A DNA stretch of 63,908 nt, the filler included, from Craspedostauros australis (lineage: Eukaryota), in NCBI GenBank assembly GCA_030167865.1. It is 13 parts of 13 records of this genome, joined end to end, with 100 filler letters (N's around TTAATTAATTAA, not from the genome) between each part and the next. Parts side by side here need not be neighbours in the genome. Positions count along the whole stretch, not along the records: positions 1 to 2,479 come from JALAGF010005203.1; positions 2,580 to 4,267 come from JALAGF010005207.1; positions 4,368 to 7,032 come from JALAGF010005208.1; positions 7,133 to 11,152 come from JALAGF010005210.1; positions 11,253 to 19,574 come from JALAGF010005211.1; 8 more parts are not named here. One strand, 5' to 3'. The notes beneath the pieces are model-generated. The model saw only the letters and a program-made list of their open reading frames with translations. It did not search any database and was not told where the DNA came from. The position numbers and the translations under genes are program-made. Positions 1 to 12,399 of the stretch are shown here, piece by piece (the stretch's first letter is position 1; each line of letters opens with the position of its first letter).

Positions 1-581
1 GAAGGTCAAAACCTCAGAATCCTGGATGGAACCCATCACTCTCCAATCTTTGCGACAGTGGAAAGCTGGAATGCAACTGCTGGCCGATGGAGTGCCAATG
101 AAGAACACAAACAAAGCATCACCGCACATACAAAAGCATATGTAACATGTGCATGGGTGCTCCTCCAACCAAAGCAAGCCCATGTGTGGTACAAAGTAGC
201 TATTCTGCATCCATTGTGATGAGAGCATGGTGTGAGAGCCTGTACAAAGCAGAGAACACAAGAANNNNNNNNNNNNNNNNNNNNNNNNNNNNNNNNNNNN
301 NNNNNNNNNNNNNNGTGTGGTACAAAGTAGCTATTCTGCATCCATTGTGATGAGAGCATGGTGTGAGAGCCTGTACAAAGCAGAGAACACAAGAATTAGG
401 ATCTTGGTGTGAGGTGGAGTAAAACCGTGAAGTCTCTGTCCACACAGATGGACAATATCCAGACTGTGACACCCGCTACAATTGATGGACTGGGACGACC
501 AAACGATCCGAAAGTATGTAACTACTCTAATCAGTTGCAGCCACTGCTTGCTTCATGTTGCTGGCCACACAGGGACATCAC

Positions 582-2330
582 TCAGGAGATGTGGTCCCAG
601 TGCCTCGTGAAGAGGGGCGGAGAGGTCTGCTTGGTAGACATGTTGGCAGCAATCAAAGCAGACAAGTTTCTGCGAACGCAATGTGGTCGTTTTCCACCCA
701 CTGTTGAACAGCAAAATGTCGAATGGCGCCATGGCGTGTGCGACGCGAGGGCTGCCGTGCGTTGGCCATCATGAGCGCAATTCAGTTGTTCTCGTACAGC
801 ACCGTACCACATCGCTGTAGTACACCAAGCTTGCCAAGGACGCAACAAATGCATACTGCCATGCGACCAGCATCGGAAGCACAGAGAAGTTCAGCCTCTG
901 TGCTGGACATGGCGACCATGATCTGCACTCTCGGTTTCCATGCGACGGCAGCAGCAGCAAGATGGAAAATGATGGACAACACTAACTGTTGTTGCTGAGT
1001 GTCCATGGCCCAATCACTGTCAGCATACCTTTAGAGAAAATTGGGTTGTTCTGCTGGATGGCCAAATACATCATCATGTGCTGGCGTTTGCTTGGCTGGA
1101 ACAGGCATGGGCGGTAGTGCAGGGACAGCGTCAGTGCAATGTAGCGCAATGCCTTGAGCGGGAGTGCGGAAGAGATATCGAGAAACCTGCTTGGTGACAG
1201 CGAAATGATCTATGGCCAGCCTTGCCAAGAATTGCAAAAGTTTCACGATGGGAAAAACAATGGCTGGCCTACAGGTGATCATGGGACAGATGAGTTTGCC
1301 AACAGCCTCACAATAGCATTCAATGTCTGCCTGTGTCTGCTTGAGACCAAATGTATCCAAGGCTTCAGAATCGTCCAGCTGGCGTATGTGCGTATTGCCA
1401 TCATCCATTGGAGTGAGCACACCATTCATCTTCTTCTGCTCATTCCATTTGAAAACTTTGTTGAGATGTGTACTATTGTGGATGGAGACATTTGTGACAG
1501 TTTGGATCAGATCTGCACCAATGAAGTATCGGAGAACGCTGAATCATTTCATGGGAATGAACAGGAACGAATCCAAGCTGATTGCAGATCGTGGAGCAAG
1601 CCGTTACATTGCTGCATGCAATGGCAAAGCCATCAACCTGACATAGAAAGAGCATGTTGTGTTCTTTGTAAGCGCCGCGGTATAGGCATAGAGCATGCGT
1701 GGTGGGCCTGAAACCCATGCGCTGCAGCTGTGCATTGATGTGCACTGCCCACTGCCATAGTGCTCAGGAATGACCCTGAGGATTCTTGCTGATGAGAGTC
1801 ATGCAGCCGCACGGAATGGGTGCGTGTCCCTACAACTGCCACCAGTCAGCAAAGGGGCTGTCAACATGCATGTAGTACTTCTGTGCACCACAAGAAGCCT
1901 CAGCAAATGCATTGTAAATGTCAGCGCCATAGATGGTCTTGTTCTCCATGGTTGTGACAGCAATGAACAGCCAGAAATCCATAACAGCCAGAGTAGCCAT
2001 GAATGTGTGCCCTGTAATTGCTGCCTTGCCTGTTGGAATGTACATATGTGTATGTGCATCGCTCACCCATTGTTCTCTTATGCTCTACGCACAAGCGGCG
2101 CAAACATNNNNNNNNNNNNNNNNNNNNNNNNNNNNNNNNNNNNNNNNNNNNNNNNNNNNNNNNNNNNNNNNNNNNNNNNNNNNNNNNNNNNNNNNNNNNN
2201 NNNNNNNNNNNNNNNNNNNNNNNNNNNNNNNNNNNNNNNNNNNNNNNNNNNNNNNNNNNNNNNNNNTCATTTCTGAGAGCATCAGGAATGCAGTCTGTCC
2301 ATCAACTGACAGAAATGCATGACATCGAGC
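582..2330 (-). mobile_element. Degenerate Ty1/copia (diatom CoDi-like) pol, RT and RNase H region
   Basis: Fragments in several frames match copia RT and RNase H: ADIYNAFAEA, LFLCQVDGFAIA, GKLICPMITCRPAIVFPIVKLLQF, AVAWKPRVQIMVAMSSTEAE...DAGRMA...VLYENN. Many stops and frameshifts; CpG-poor. Confidence 0.85.
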
Positions 2331-2523
2331 AAGGATTGATGTATTTCACAACTAAACCTCAAATGACAATATCCTTGCCATACCACTGCATCATTGATGG
2401 AATATGGAATCTGAAGGATCATGGAAGACGACAGCTGACATCAACAGGATGTCATCATGTCACCACATCAACATCTGTCNNNNNNNNNNNNNNNNNNNNN
2501 NNNNNNNNNNNNNNNNNNNNNNN

Positions 2524-2535
2524 TTAATTAATTAA
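2524..2535. other. Artificial scaffold linker TTAATTAATTAA within N runs (also at 4312, 7077, 11197, 19619, 30959, 37662, 53158, 54724, 56960, 58507, 61699)
   Basis: The same 12-mer, which gives stops in all six frames, is centred in about 100-nt N blocks 12 times. Sequence on either side is unrelated. Confidence 0.97.
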
Positions 2536-2579
2536 NNNNNNNNNNNNNNNNNNNNNNNNNNNNNNNNNNNNNNNNNNNN

Positions 2580-3620
2580 ATTACTGTTTTGTGGTATGAC
2601 ATCAAATCTCAAAGAGTTCTGCTCCATCATCCTGATGGTATTGCACAATGACACAAATGGCTTGAAACACATGCTTCTGCTTTTCTGTGCCATGAAAAAA
2701 GGGATCTCCAGCATGCTGAAGAACTCCAGTCTCTCATTGAAGGTCTCATGATGCAACCGTGCTCTGCTCTTGAAGTTTTCAAGTTCNNNNNNNNNNNNNN
2801 NNNNNNNNNNNNNNNNNNNNNNNNNNNNNNNNNNNNCCCATCGAGCTCATTTGGTGTTCACATCATATTCTTTTTCCATATGACTCGTCCTGTGCCCACG
2901 ATCAGCAATGATGACTTTTCCACCTGTAATCTGATGCAACAATCCTTCACAACAAATAGTCAAGTCATGTTTACCTCCTTGGTGGAGTCCATGGATCCAA
3001 ACACACTTTGAGTGGTACACAGTGATTGCAATCTCGTATTTGAGAGCACCGTGGTTGAACTTCTTCGAGCCCCATGCCAGATCTGTGTTGAGTGNNNNNN
3101 NNNNNNNNNNNNNNNNNNNNNNNNNNNNNNNNNNNNNNNNNNNNCAGTGATTGCAATCTCGTATTTGAGAGCACCGTGGTTGAACTTCTTCGAGCCCCAT
3201 GCCAGATCTGTGTTGAGTGTTGAGTGTTGAGTGTTTCTACTCCCATATATGAAAATCTGTGCTGTCGACTGTGGCAATGAAAGCTGTTCCCTCTGGGTCA
3301 TTCAATGAGCTTGGCCAAACAATCATGTCAGCTTTCATTGCTGCAATCATTTTGATCCAGCACCATAGATGATTCCATATTGCATACTATCAACATATCC
3401 CATATGCTGCAGCAAGGATGTTGGCATTCTTTGGATAGGTCCATAGAAAGCATAGAACTGCAAGGAACATTCAGAAGCCTCTTCCAGTGTTGTCATATTG
3501 TGATATCTTTGCTTCGGAAGTAGTCATTGTGTGCATGTCATCCCAAATACCTGAAATAGTTTCCGGCCAAGATGCATAGTGAGATCGGAACATGGTATTT
3601 CTTTGATCCATTGTCATGTC
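2580..3620 (-). pseudogene. Degenerate PIF/Harbinger-ISL2EU-like (DDE_Tnp_4-type) transposase
   Basis: Motifs KKFNHGALKYEIAI...KCVWIHG..GGKHDLTI...KVIIADRGH and HETFNERL..F. Same family as the ORF at 57016-57567, which shares the KFNH segment. Confidence 0.75.
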
Positions 3621-4367
3621 AAGAAACAAAGGGTAAAGACCAGTTCAGCAATAAAATCTCGTTCCAGGACACCCAATGGTTAAGCAACAAGCATTTGTAC
3701 AGAGGGTATGTGTGGCTTCTGTTGATGTGATGTGGTGGCAATGCTGCTGGCTTTGCTGTCATTGGCATTTTCTCCATTAGGTGTGAAATTGCCAATATGT
3801 TTGGTGCAATATGGTTGATCTTCCCTCCTTGAGGATTTGTCAACATCATCGCTGTGTTCTTGGTTGTGAGATTGATGCTGTTGCAATGTGCAAGCGTTGA
3901 GTCAAGAGAAAAGAAGTTTCAACATAGAAAGTCTGTGTCAGAAATATGCATTCTCAAGGGCATTTTCCACAGGACTCCAATCATTGTCATCCAATGCAAG
4001 GAAGACATCAGAGTATGTGGAGTGCAAGTCCTGTCATAGCCAAAGTGTTGTGGAATTTTTCAGCATGTGTGGGATAGATGGATCATGGTTGTGGATCACC
4101 ATAGTGAGAAAAGTCCAAGACATTGATGATGCTGTTCCTGTGGCTGCTTCCCTTGAGGCAGGCACTGTCATCATGACAAGCACAGAGCAAGAACGAATGA
4201 AGTTTGATTTGTGAGCTTCCTCTCTCTGCATTCTGTTGTCCTCACTTTGGTTGTATCACTGTCTTGTNNNNNNNNNNNNNNNNNNNNNNNNNNNNNNNNN
4301 NNNNNNNNNNNTTAATTAATTAANNNNNNNNNNNNNNNNNNNNNNNNNNNNNNNNNNNNNNNNNNNN

Positions 4368-7032
4368 CCAATACGTGGAGGTGGCTCCCCATGTCTCCAA
4401 CGGCAAGTACTTTAATCTGGGCATGGCCTTCATTGTCGGCCTGAGCAAGACGGTAAAGAATAGGAATGATGAATATGCAGACAGAGGCGATGAACCCCTC
4501 GCAGCAGATGAAGAGGCATTCGTGAAGGTGAATCCTGTTCTCTCACGAGATCATTGCTACGTCGTTCCGGAGTCAATGTGCAGGGTGTGCAACATGGAGG
4601 CTCCGGCAAGGGCAACCAAACAGGAACCCNNNNNNNNNNNNNNNNNNNNNNNNNNNNNNNNNNNNNNNNNNNNNNNNNNTCCGGAGTCAATGTGCAGGGT
4701 GTGCAACATGGAGGCTCCGGCAAGGGCAACCAAACAGGAACCCAGTGACGCCTTTCCATTACCATCGTTGCTGTCTCCCAACCATCACTCTGCCGCCGAG
4801 CTCCGCAACCTCACGACTGCAGCTCCCAGCGCCACCCAGAAAGAAGCAGAGAAACCGGAAATAACGCCAATCCGACGCCTTCTAATACGTTGTTTGGATG
4901 ACAAGGCCGAAGTGCTGGCCGATTTGCAAAAGCATCACAACGACATGAACAAAAGGGGTTGGTTGCGGACGGTTGCAGGCAGCAGCGGGCAAACAGCACC
5001 AAAAGGAAAGAAGCATCTGGATGAGGAAGAGAACGACAACATCGTCAAGCTTCGTCTCATCCTTGGCTCACCTTCCTTTCTCATCAGTTGCATTGCACAT
5101 GCATGGGGTGTAGACAGGAGCTGCGTTTCGCGCGTGTTGAAAGATTTCCACGAAGGCAATACGGAACGGAAGAAGCGCGATGACGCTGGGCTTTCTGTGT
5201 TCACGAGCACGCGCATACAAGCTCAACACTTCACAGCTCGGAAAGCCTTCGAGAGGATGTTGCGTGCAGACAATGCTGGGCAGAAACTGAACAAAGAATA
5301 CATCGACATGGCCTTCACCAATGCGACAACAGACCAAAAGAAGGCTGCAGAGGACCTTGCAAAGGAGTGGCATGACCGTGGTCCGCACCTCCTGAGCGAT
5401 CTTCAACGGGTGTTGCAGAGGTCCGGAGGAGCCCTATCCTGGCGGGACATTGCAAGCGAAATTGCGGGAAGTGGAATAGTGCACATTGTCAGTCCCATGT
5501 CCATCCAAAAGTTCGTACTGGGGCTCGAAGGCAGCAAGTACACATCCACCAAAATCCTCCCCTTCCTCAGCAAAGGTACAGTGCAGAAGCGCATCAATTG
5601 GGCCAACGAGTTCTGCATGTTCTGGGAGTCAGCGAAGCGCTTCAAAAACACGCAAGTGATTGTTGTTCACATGGATGAGAAGTGGTTCTGGTCGATTGTC
5701 GGACGAAAGCACATCAAGTCCGTTGAGAAATTGAAGGTGAAACCAGTTGTGCACCATTGTCAACATCGCAACCACTTGGTCAAGACTATGGCCATTGCTT
5801 CTTCCGCCTTTGTGCCCAACGACAACTGCCTCGAGAAGGGCGGAACGGCGCACCTCTTGAACTTCGAGCGAGTTGGTCATTGGAAGGTCGCGATGAAGGA
5901 TTCGTTCGGCCGCGTCTACGACAGCAGGGGCAACTACAAATGCCCACCAACCCCAGAGAACCGCTTGAGGAAGAAAGGTGAGCGCAGGTGGCAAACGCTG
6001 GAGATCACAGGGACCAAAGAAGAAGTGAACAGCAAGAAGAAGTTCAGTCTCAAAAAGTACTTCGAGACCTCGGAGATCCCAGCCATCCAAGATCTTGTTG
6101 CCAGAGTCCGCGGAGACAACAAAGAGATGTGAGTCGTTGTTCGCTACCAAATGGATGGTGCGGGGCCTCATCAAAACCAGGAACTGCTGGAGTTCATCAA
6201 CGAACGGTTCAAAGGCCTCGGTTGGCATCTCCGCATTCAACCTCCAAACTCCCCAATCACCAACGTCAATGACAACTGCGTCTTCCCCGTATTGTCGCGT
6301 AATGTGTCATCATACCAAGCCAGAAACCACGGAAGCAACATCATGTCGTCTGAAGAATTGTGGCAAGCTTCCCTGAAGTGCTGGGAGCACTTGTCACTCA
6401 AGACACTTGCCACTGCCTCCATTCGTCATCACCAAATTGCTTACGCGATCTGTGCCTGCAAAGGCAGCAACAAGTTCGTGACGGAATCCAGAGGGCTCAG
6501 GATGAACGTGACCAAGAGGCAAGTCCCAATGAAAGATGAAGATGGACAAGTCATCGGCGTGGAGTACACCAACATGGAATTGGCACGCCCAGTGCGGGAT
6601 GAAACAAAGAGCGACAGCAACAAACTGAAATACGAGAAACCGAATGTGGAGGCCACTCGCGAGCAGATCCTTCAGAAGATGAGCGTGGCGGAATTGAGTT
6701 GCATCGAGCAACACCATGGGGAACTCTGTGACGCTGAGAGAGAGGAATTGGCTGCCATGATAAAAAAGAAAGTCGAGCAACAGGATATAGATAGTAGGCA
6801 ACCTGCAAAGGCCACCAGCAAGAGGAAGGGCAAGGACGGAACGAAGACAACATCGAGGCCCTTGAAGAAGGCGAAGACCAGCAGCAACAAGACCACAGCA
6901 AAGGCAACTGCAAAGGGCAGCAGCAAAGGCAACCGCAAAGTGCAGCAACAAGAAGACCACAGCAAAGGCAACTGCGAAGCCATGCAAGAGCGAGGGAGTA
7001 GTCACAAGAGCGCGAGCAACAGCCTTCCGGTT
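4368..7032 (+). mobile_element. Tc1/mariner-superfamily (plant-mariner-like) transposase, DD38D, with one in-frame stop
   Basis: ORFs 4375-6132 and 6151-7032 are in the same frame, separated only by TGA at 6130-6132. Catalytic motifs are VHMDEKWF, YQMDGAGPH and QPPNSPITNVND, with 38 residues between the second and third Asp. Lys-rich C-terminal tail; both ends run into gaps. Confidence 0.85.
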
Positions 7033-7499
7033 NNNNNNNNNNNNNNNNNNNNNNNNNNNNNNNNNNNNNNNNNNNNTTAATTAATTAANNNNNNNNNNNN
7101 NNNNNNNNNNNNNNNNNNNNNNNNNNNNNNNNGAGCAACATGATGTTTGCCAACGATGTGCACTTCGAGTCTTCGACGATCTACTATGATGCGATCGATG
7201 ACTTCGAAAGTTGACCGTGCAGGTGCGTGTACACACGCGCGTTGCACTAGATGATGCGTGAGATTGGCGTGCGGAGCACACTCAATGTGATTCGCAACGC
7301 GTACGCAATCAACGATATGCTGTAAAACAATAGCGCCACCCCGATCCAACAGATGCTGATTGGATACATGGGTCGCACGCAAGCGGTATGCACCGCATGA
7401 TGAATCTGGCAACGACCAGAATCCTANNNNNNNNNNNNNNNNNNNNNNNNNNNNNNNNNNNNNNNNNNNNNNNNNNACGACCAGAATCCTAATCATGAG

Positions 7500-10400
7500 A
7501 GACATGACATGGATGGATCAGTCAAATGGGTGATTCGAGAGTATTAAGAACGCCAACAGGCCAGTACTGATAGACCTGGGAAATGACAACTCTACATTGG
7601 GGACGGTTTCCCCAAATAGATGAGTGACTTGGGAGCGACGTGCGGATACCATCCGAAGCATGGAGACCGACGACGCTATTCAGAGCAGAAGAGCCGGAGA
7701 AGATATAGATACAGAAGACGCTGCTCGTGGGCAAGATGACTTGCTCCCTACCCAAGGGGACAATGAATCGTACGATGACGACGACGATGAATCCGGAAGG
7801 GACGATGAGACGGGACGATACGATATGGTCGAAGGTGAACCAAACACGGTCCCAATCGCAGAACCTGTTGCGCGCATGCCGAGGATGCTGAGTGCTCTCG
7901 CAGGGTACAATTATACGCCCATCCGAAGGAGGAGCGAGACCTTGGATCAAGTGGAGAATGAGAATCAGAGGATAATGAGGGTTATGAGACCACTCAAGAG
8001 ACAACTACCACACCACCGGCGACAGGAGGACCTAGCTTTCATATTGATGGGTCAACATTCAACAGAGATATCGCAGGTATGATGAATGACACCACTCATG
8101 AGAGGATGAGCTTGGGTGACTTCATCACTGTGAACCAAGCATTGAACTATCAACATAACAGAGAGGGATCCGAGCAAGCAAATGACGCAATGATGCTGGA
8201 TCCAACCACAATTGACGAATGACGGGGTTATATGGATCCCAAGAAGAGCAATGAATGGCGGGAGGCCACGATGGAACGGTTCAGTGATAAGGCCACAGCA
8301 TGAGCATGGCAGAAGATCAAGAGGAACCGGACGCCGAATGATCGGCGAGATACCACAAGCACAGATATGAGATCGGTGTGCGATGAGAATGAAATCGACG
8401 AGAGAGACTCGGATCTGGAAAGGACACAGCTATGAGAGCGCGAACCATGAACGGCGGATTTCAGATACAGTGAGTCAAGACGCATCGATATGCGATCAAT
8501 GAGAGAGACGCGGGCATGTCAGATGAAGAATCCAATGACAGAGCCGGAAGGGAGGAACCTCAGATGAATGGAGGATGAATGGCAGGAGGCCACCAACAAC
8601 TCCCATGACGAAGAAGCTGCAGCATAATGAATTGATGCTATCCAGAAGAGGATGAAGGCGATCGACAACATGGTTGCAAGGCAACACGACGACAGAGCTG
8701 GCAGCTTATCACAATATGCCAACACCCAACGAGGGTGACGAACGAAGCATCAGAATCAGGAGATGACGATGGCTACGCAATTGCACAGGAGACAATGACC
8801 GCTCCAGTTGCAAGAGACGGACCCAACTTCGAAACAGACGGGTCAATCATCAACAACAACGTCGCAGGTATGAGGATCGATGCTATCCAATGAAGGATGA
8901 GAGTGGTCGACTTCATCGCTTCGAGTCAGGATGTTGAGAGCGAACGCGACGGCGAGAGAGATTTGTGCACATCAACACTGGAATGATGCCGAGTGTATAT
9001 GCGCCTAAGGAATGATAGGATCATGTGGATCCTGACCAGCAGAAGGGACGAAGTATGAGCGACTTGGAGGCAAGCTGCTGAAGGCACGGACCTCGAGTAC
9101 TCTCCCATGAGACCAGTGGCGAAGATGCCACGGATGCCACGCGGCTTGGCACCGCACAACAACACGCCAGAACACCACTCCGACTCAGACTCAAACAGCG
9201 GAGGTGGTGAGTCAGCTGAGGAAGCAGAGCAGACCTCAGCAACCGCGAGAGAGGGTATGAGACGTCCGAAGCATGCATACACGACTATGATGCTGGACCT
9301 CACCACATTTGAAGAATACTGGGATCATGTGGATCCAGCAAAGCGAAAGGAATGGCGAGATGCCATCAATAAGGGGTCCTACGACATGGTCAGACGAGGA
9401 GTCTGGCAGAAGATCAAGAAGGACCAGATGCCGAAGGATTGGCGATGCGTGAAGACCAAGTGGGCCTTCAAGGAGAAGAGGAATGGCATGTTCCGCACCA
9501 GACTTGTGGCATGCGGATACTCGCAGATCGCAGGAATAGACTTCTCAACGCAACTAACCCATGATGCATGACGCAACCTACTGCGGAATGCTCACAATGA
9601 AGATGCTACTGAACATTGGACAGCATCACTATCAACCTTGAGACAGCATTTCTACATGGAGATCTCGAAGAGGAGGTATACATGCTTTGCCAGAAGGGCA
9701 TGGAGCATGGTGAGAGCGAATGACTGTTGCTCAAGAAGACGATCAACGGAATCATGCAAAGGGCACGACAATGGAAGAAGCTGGTCGACATCCTACTCAA
9801 ATTGGGATTCGGACCAAGCCAAGTTGATCCATGCCTTCTGATTCGGAATCAGGAAGGGAGACTGCTATTGATTGGAACCTACGTCGGCGACTGCCTATGC
9901 ATCGAGGACGAACAGGAGTTGAAGAAACCCAAGGGAGACATCAAAGCAGAGCGGTTCGATACCAAGGTGGAGGATGATCAGGAAGACTACATCAGCTGCA
10001 AGATCGTATCCAACCGCGACAAGACGAGCTGCTGGATGAGCCAACCGCACATCATCAAGAACGTCATCATCACATTCAAGGACAACGTGATGAAGCTGCA
10101 ACAGTATGGTACACCAGGAACACCAGGGCAAGGCATCCAAAAGGGATAGCGATTCGCCCAAGGTGGACAAAGACCGACACAGCAGATACCGAAGTGGAGT
10201 AGGTATGCTGCTATATCAAATGAAGCACTCGCAACCCGGCATCGCCAACGCAACACGCGAACTGACCAAGGTGTTGGATGGACCAACGGCTGCAGCATAC
10301 AAGGAAATGCTGAGGATCATGAAGTGCATGTCGGACACGAGAGAATATGGACCACGGATGAAGTCAAGTCCATTCGAGAACGATGCATGGAAGATTGTGA

Positions 10401-10779
10401 TCTACACCGACAACGAGTTCGGTGGTGACAAGGACAATCGCATCAGTATGGGAGGACACATCGTCCTACTACAAGGAGTGCCGATCATCTGGAGATCGAA
10501 GGGCACAGCACAGTGTGACACTGAGCTCAATGGAGGCTGAGCACGTTGCACTATTGGAGGCCAGAAATGAGATCCGCTTCCAGACTCAACTGATGAACAA
10601 CATCGGGTTGAGGACACAAGGGCCACATCATCCAATTGCGATTCCCAATGGATTAATGATGAGAATGAGATTGGTGATGGGAGTCAAAGAAAGGTGAAGA
10701 AAGAGAGAGAAGTAATGGTGATGAGAGTCAAGGGAGTATGAAGTCAGAATGATATATTGTCGATGCGACAATGGAAGGG
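7500..10779 (+). mobile_element. Degenerate Ty1/copia internal region (IN-RT linker, RT, RNase H)
   Basis: Motifs EWRDAI...RGVWQKI...CVKTKWAFKEKRNGMFRTRLVACGYSQIAGIDF, ETAFLHGDLEEEVYM, GTYVGDCL, YRSGVGMLLY, IYTDNEFGGDKDNRIS and VTLSSMEAE. Several frameshifts. Confidence 0.9.
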
Positions 10780-11152
10780 TGTCAGGAATCGAGGGTACGC
10801 TTTTACCAAGATACCCATGATTGCCGCACCTCCCAATAACATCATCCGTGACTCACATCCGTGACTCAAACCCGAGACTCATCACATACGTGACTCGACC
10901 CGTGACTCAAGACAAACGTGACTGATCTCAGTCGTAACAAGACAACAAGCCTGTCCTCCTCTAACAAGAAGAACCATGACAACGCAACAGATCAAACGAC
11001 GACGTCATGGGAGAAACATCGATGACCAACAGGTCTGTGATCACCCCATCAAGAGAAACGAAGCATGCGCCCTCTTGCGGACAAGAAAAGCCGCAGGTTT
11101 GGACCATCAGAAAGATTCAGAAGTGTCGCGGGTTTCAAGACGAAACCTGTGA
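10780..11152 (+). repeat. Probable 3' LTR of the copia element, preceded by a polypurine tract
   Basis: Purine tract AATGGAAGGG (10770-10779) is directly followed by TGTCAGG, downstream of RNase H. The opening sequence resembles 25750-25808 (shared ATTGCCGCACCTCCCAAT). The end is lost in a gap. Confidence 0.7.
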
Positions 11153-12399
11153 NNNNNNNNNNNNNNNNNNNNNNNNNNNNNNNNNNNNNNNNNNNNTTAA
11201 TTAATTAANNNNNNNNNNNNNNNNNNNNNNNNNNNNNNNNNNNNNNNNNNNNCAAAACGCCTCAAGATGGATCTCCAATTTCTTATCCATCCCGACGCTG
11301 ATGCCATCGTCAGTTTTTCTTCGTGTCGAAAAAATGTGACTGCAGCATTTGGTTGGTTTCAACCTCTTCCACTCAATGTAATCGATCCCCGCTTCTCCAA
11401 CCCCATTCCTGACTTGATGATTAACACATCTTGTATGGGTGGGTTGGCGGTGTGGTGGATGTTCACATGCGCCACNNNNNNNNNNNNNNNNNNNNNNNNN
11501 NNNNNNNNNNNNNNNNNNNNNNNNNNNNNNNNNNNNNNNNNNNNNNNNNNNNNNNNNNNNNNNNNNNNNNNNNNNNNNNNNNNNNNNNNNNNNNNNNNNN
11601 NNAAATGGCTTGTATCGTCCACACACAGCCCGTACCCAACATGCATTTTTGACGCATTTTTGCACGTTTCGCTCTTTTCACTATCGATGATTCAAATGAA
11701 CCGCTCTGATAGCTCCCTCTTGCCCATCCACCAAGATTTATATGGCTGTTCCGTTGATGTGCTTGGATCTGGCATTGGACTGGTGGTTGATGCAGTGCCG
11801 TCCATGACTTTTGGCAGTTCTCACAGAGTGTTGTTTTGTTTCCCCATTGTCGTGTTGTTGTGTTTCTTTTCTTGGTGACGGTCTTTTCTTGCTGTTGGGG
11901 TTTGGGAAATTAAAACAGAATTCCAACGAATGCCTCCAAACCTTTGCCACAAATCCTGGGTCTGGTGAGTCCACTGTTGGTTTCTGTGAAAGCCAAGACA
12001 TGGGAAACACTCGGAAAAATAGTGCATTCTACCTACAGTCTTGTGACCGTCCCACAGTTGAAGACGTACGTAGGACCAGTGCAATTTACGTAGAACAAGT
12101 AGAAACTGCACTAGAAAACATATATTACCATGGTATGAAACGATGCTACAAACGACTCTGGGAGAGGCTCTCAGAGGACCCAAAAGAAACAGACAACACC
12201 CTGTGCGGGTACAGGAAGNNNNNNNNNNNNNNNNNNNNNNNNNNNNNNNNNNNNNNNNNNNNNNNNNNAAACGATGCTACAAACGACTCTGGGAGAGGCT
12301 CTCAGAGGACCCAAAAGAAACAGACAACACCCTGTGCGGGTACAGGAAGAGGTGGGTGTCACACTGGTGGTGACAGCGGATGAGGAGGTGGTTGAGGAG

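Noticed and set aside
185..393. Direct repeats flanking short N gaps (also near 3020-3215, 4567-4742, 12139-12349, 12540-13128, 19812-19992, 37719-38402, 58563-59087, 59636-59980, 60286-60756)
   Set aside because: Near-identical sequence on both sides of a gap indicates unmerged contig overlaps or allelic haplotypes, not real tandem duplications.
11253..12200. Possible coding remnant on the minus strand
   Set aside because: It is short, gapped and contains stops, and I could not assign it to a family.
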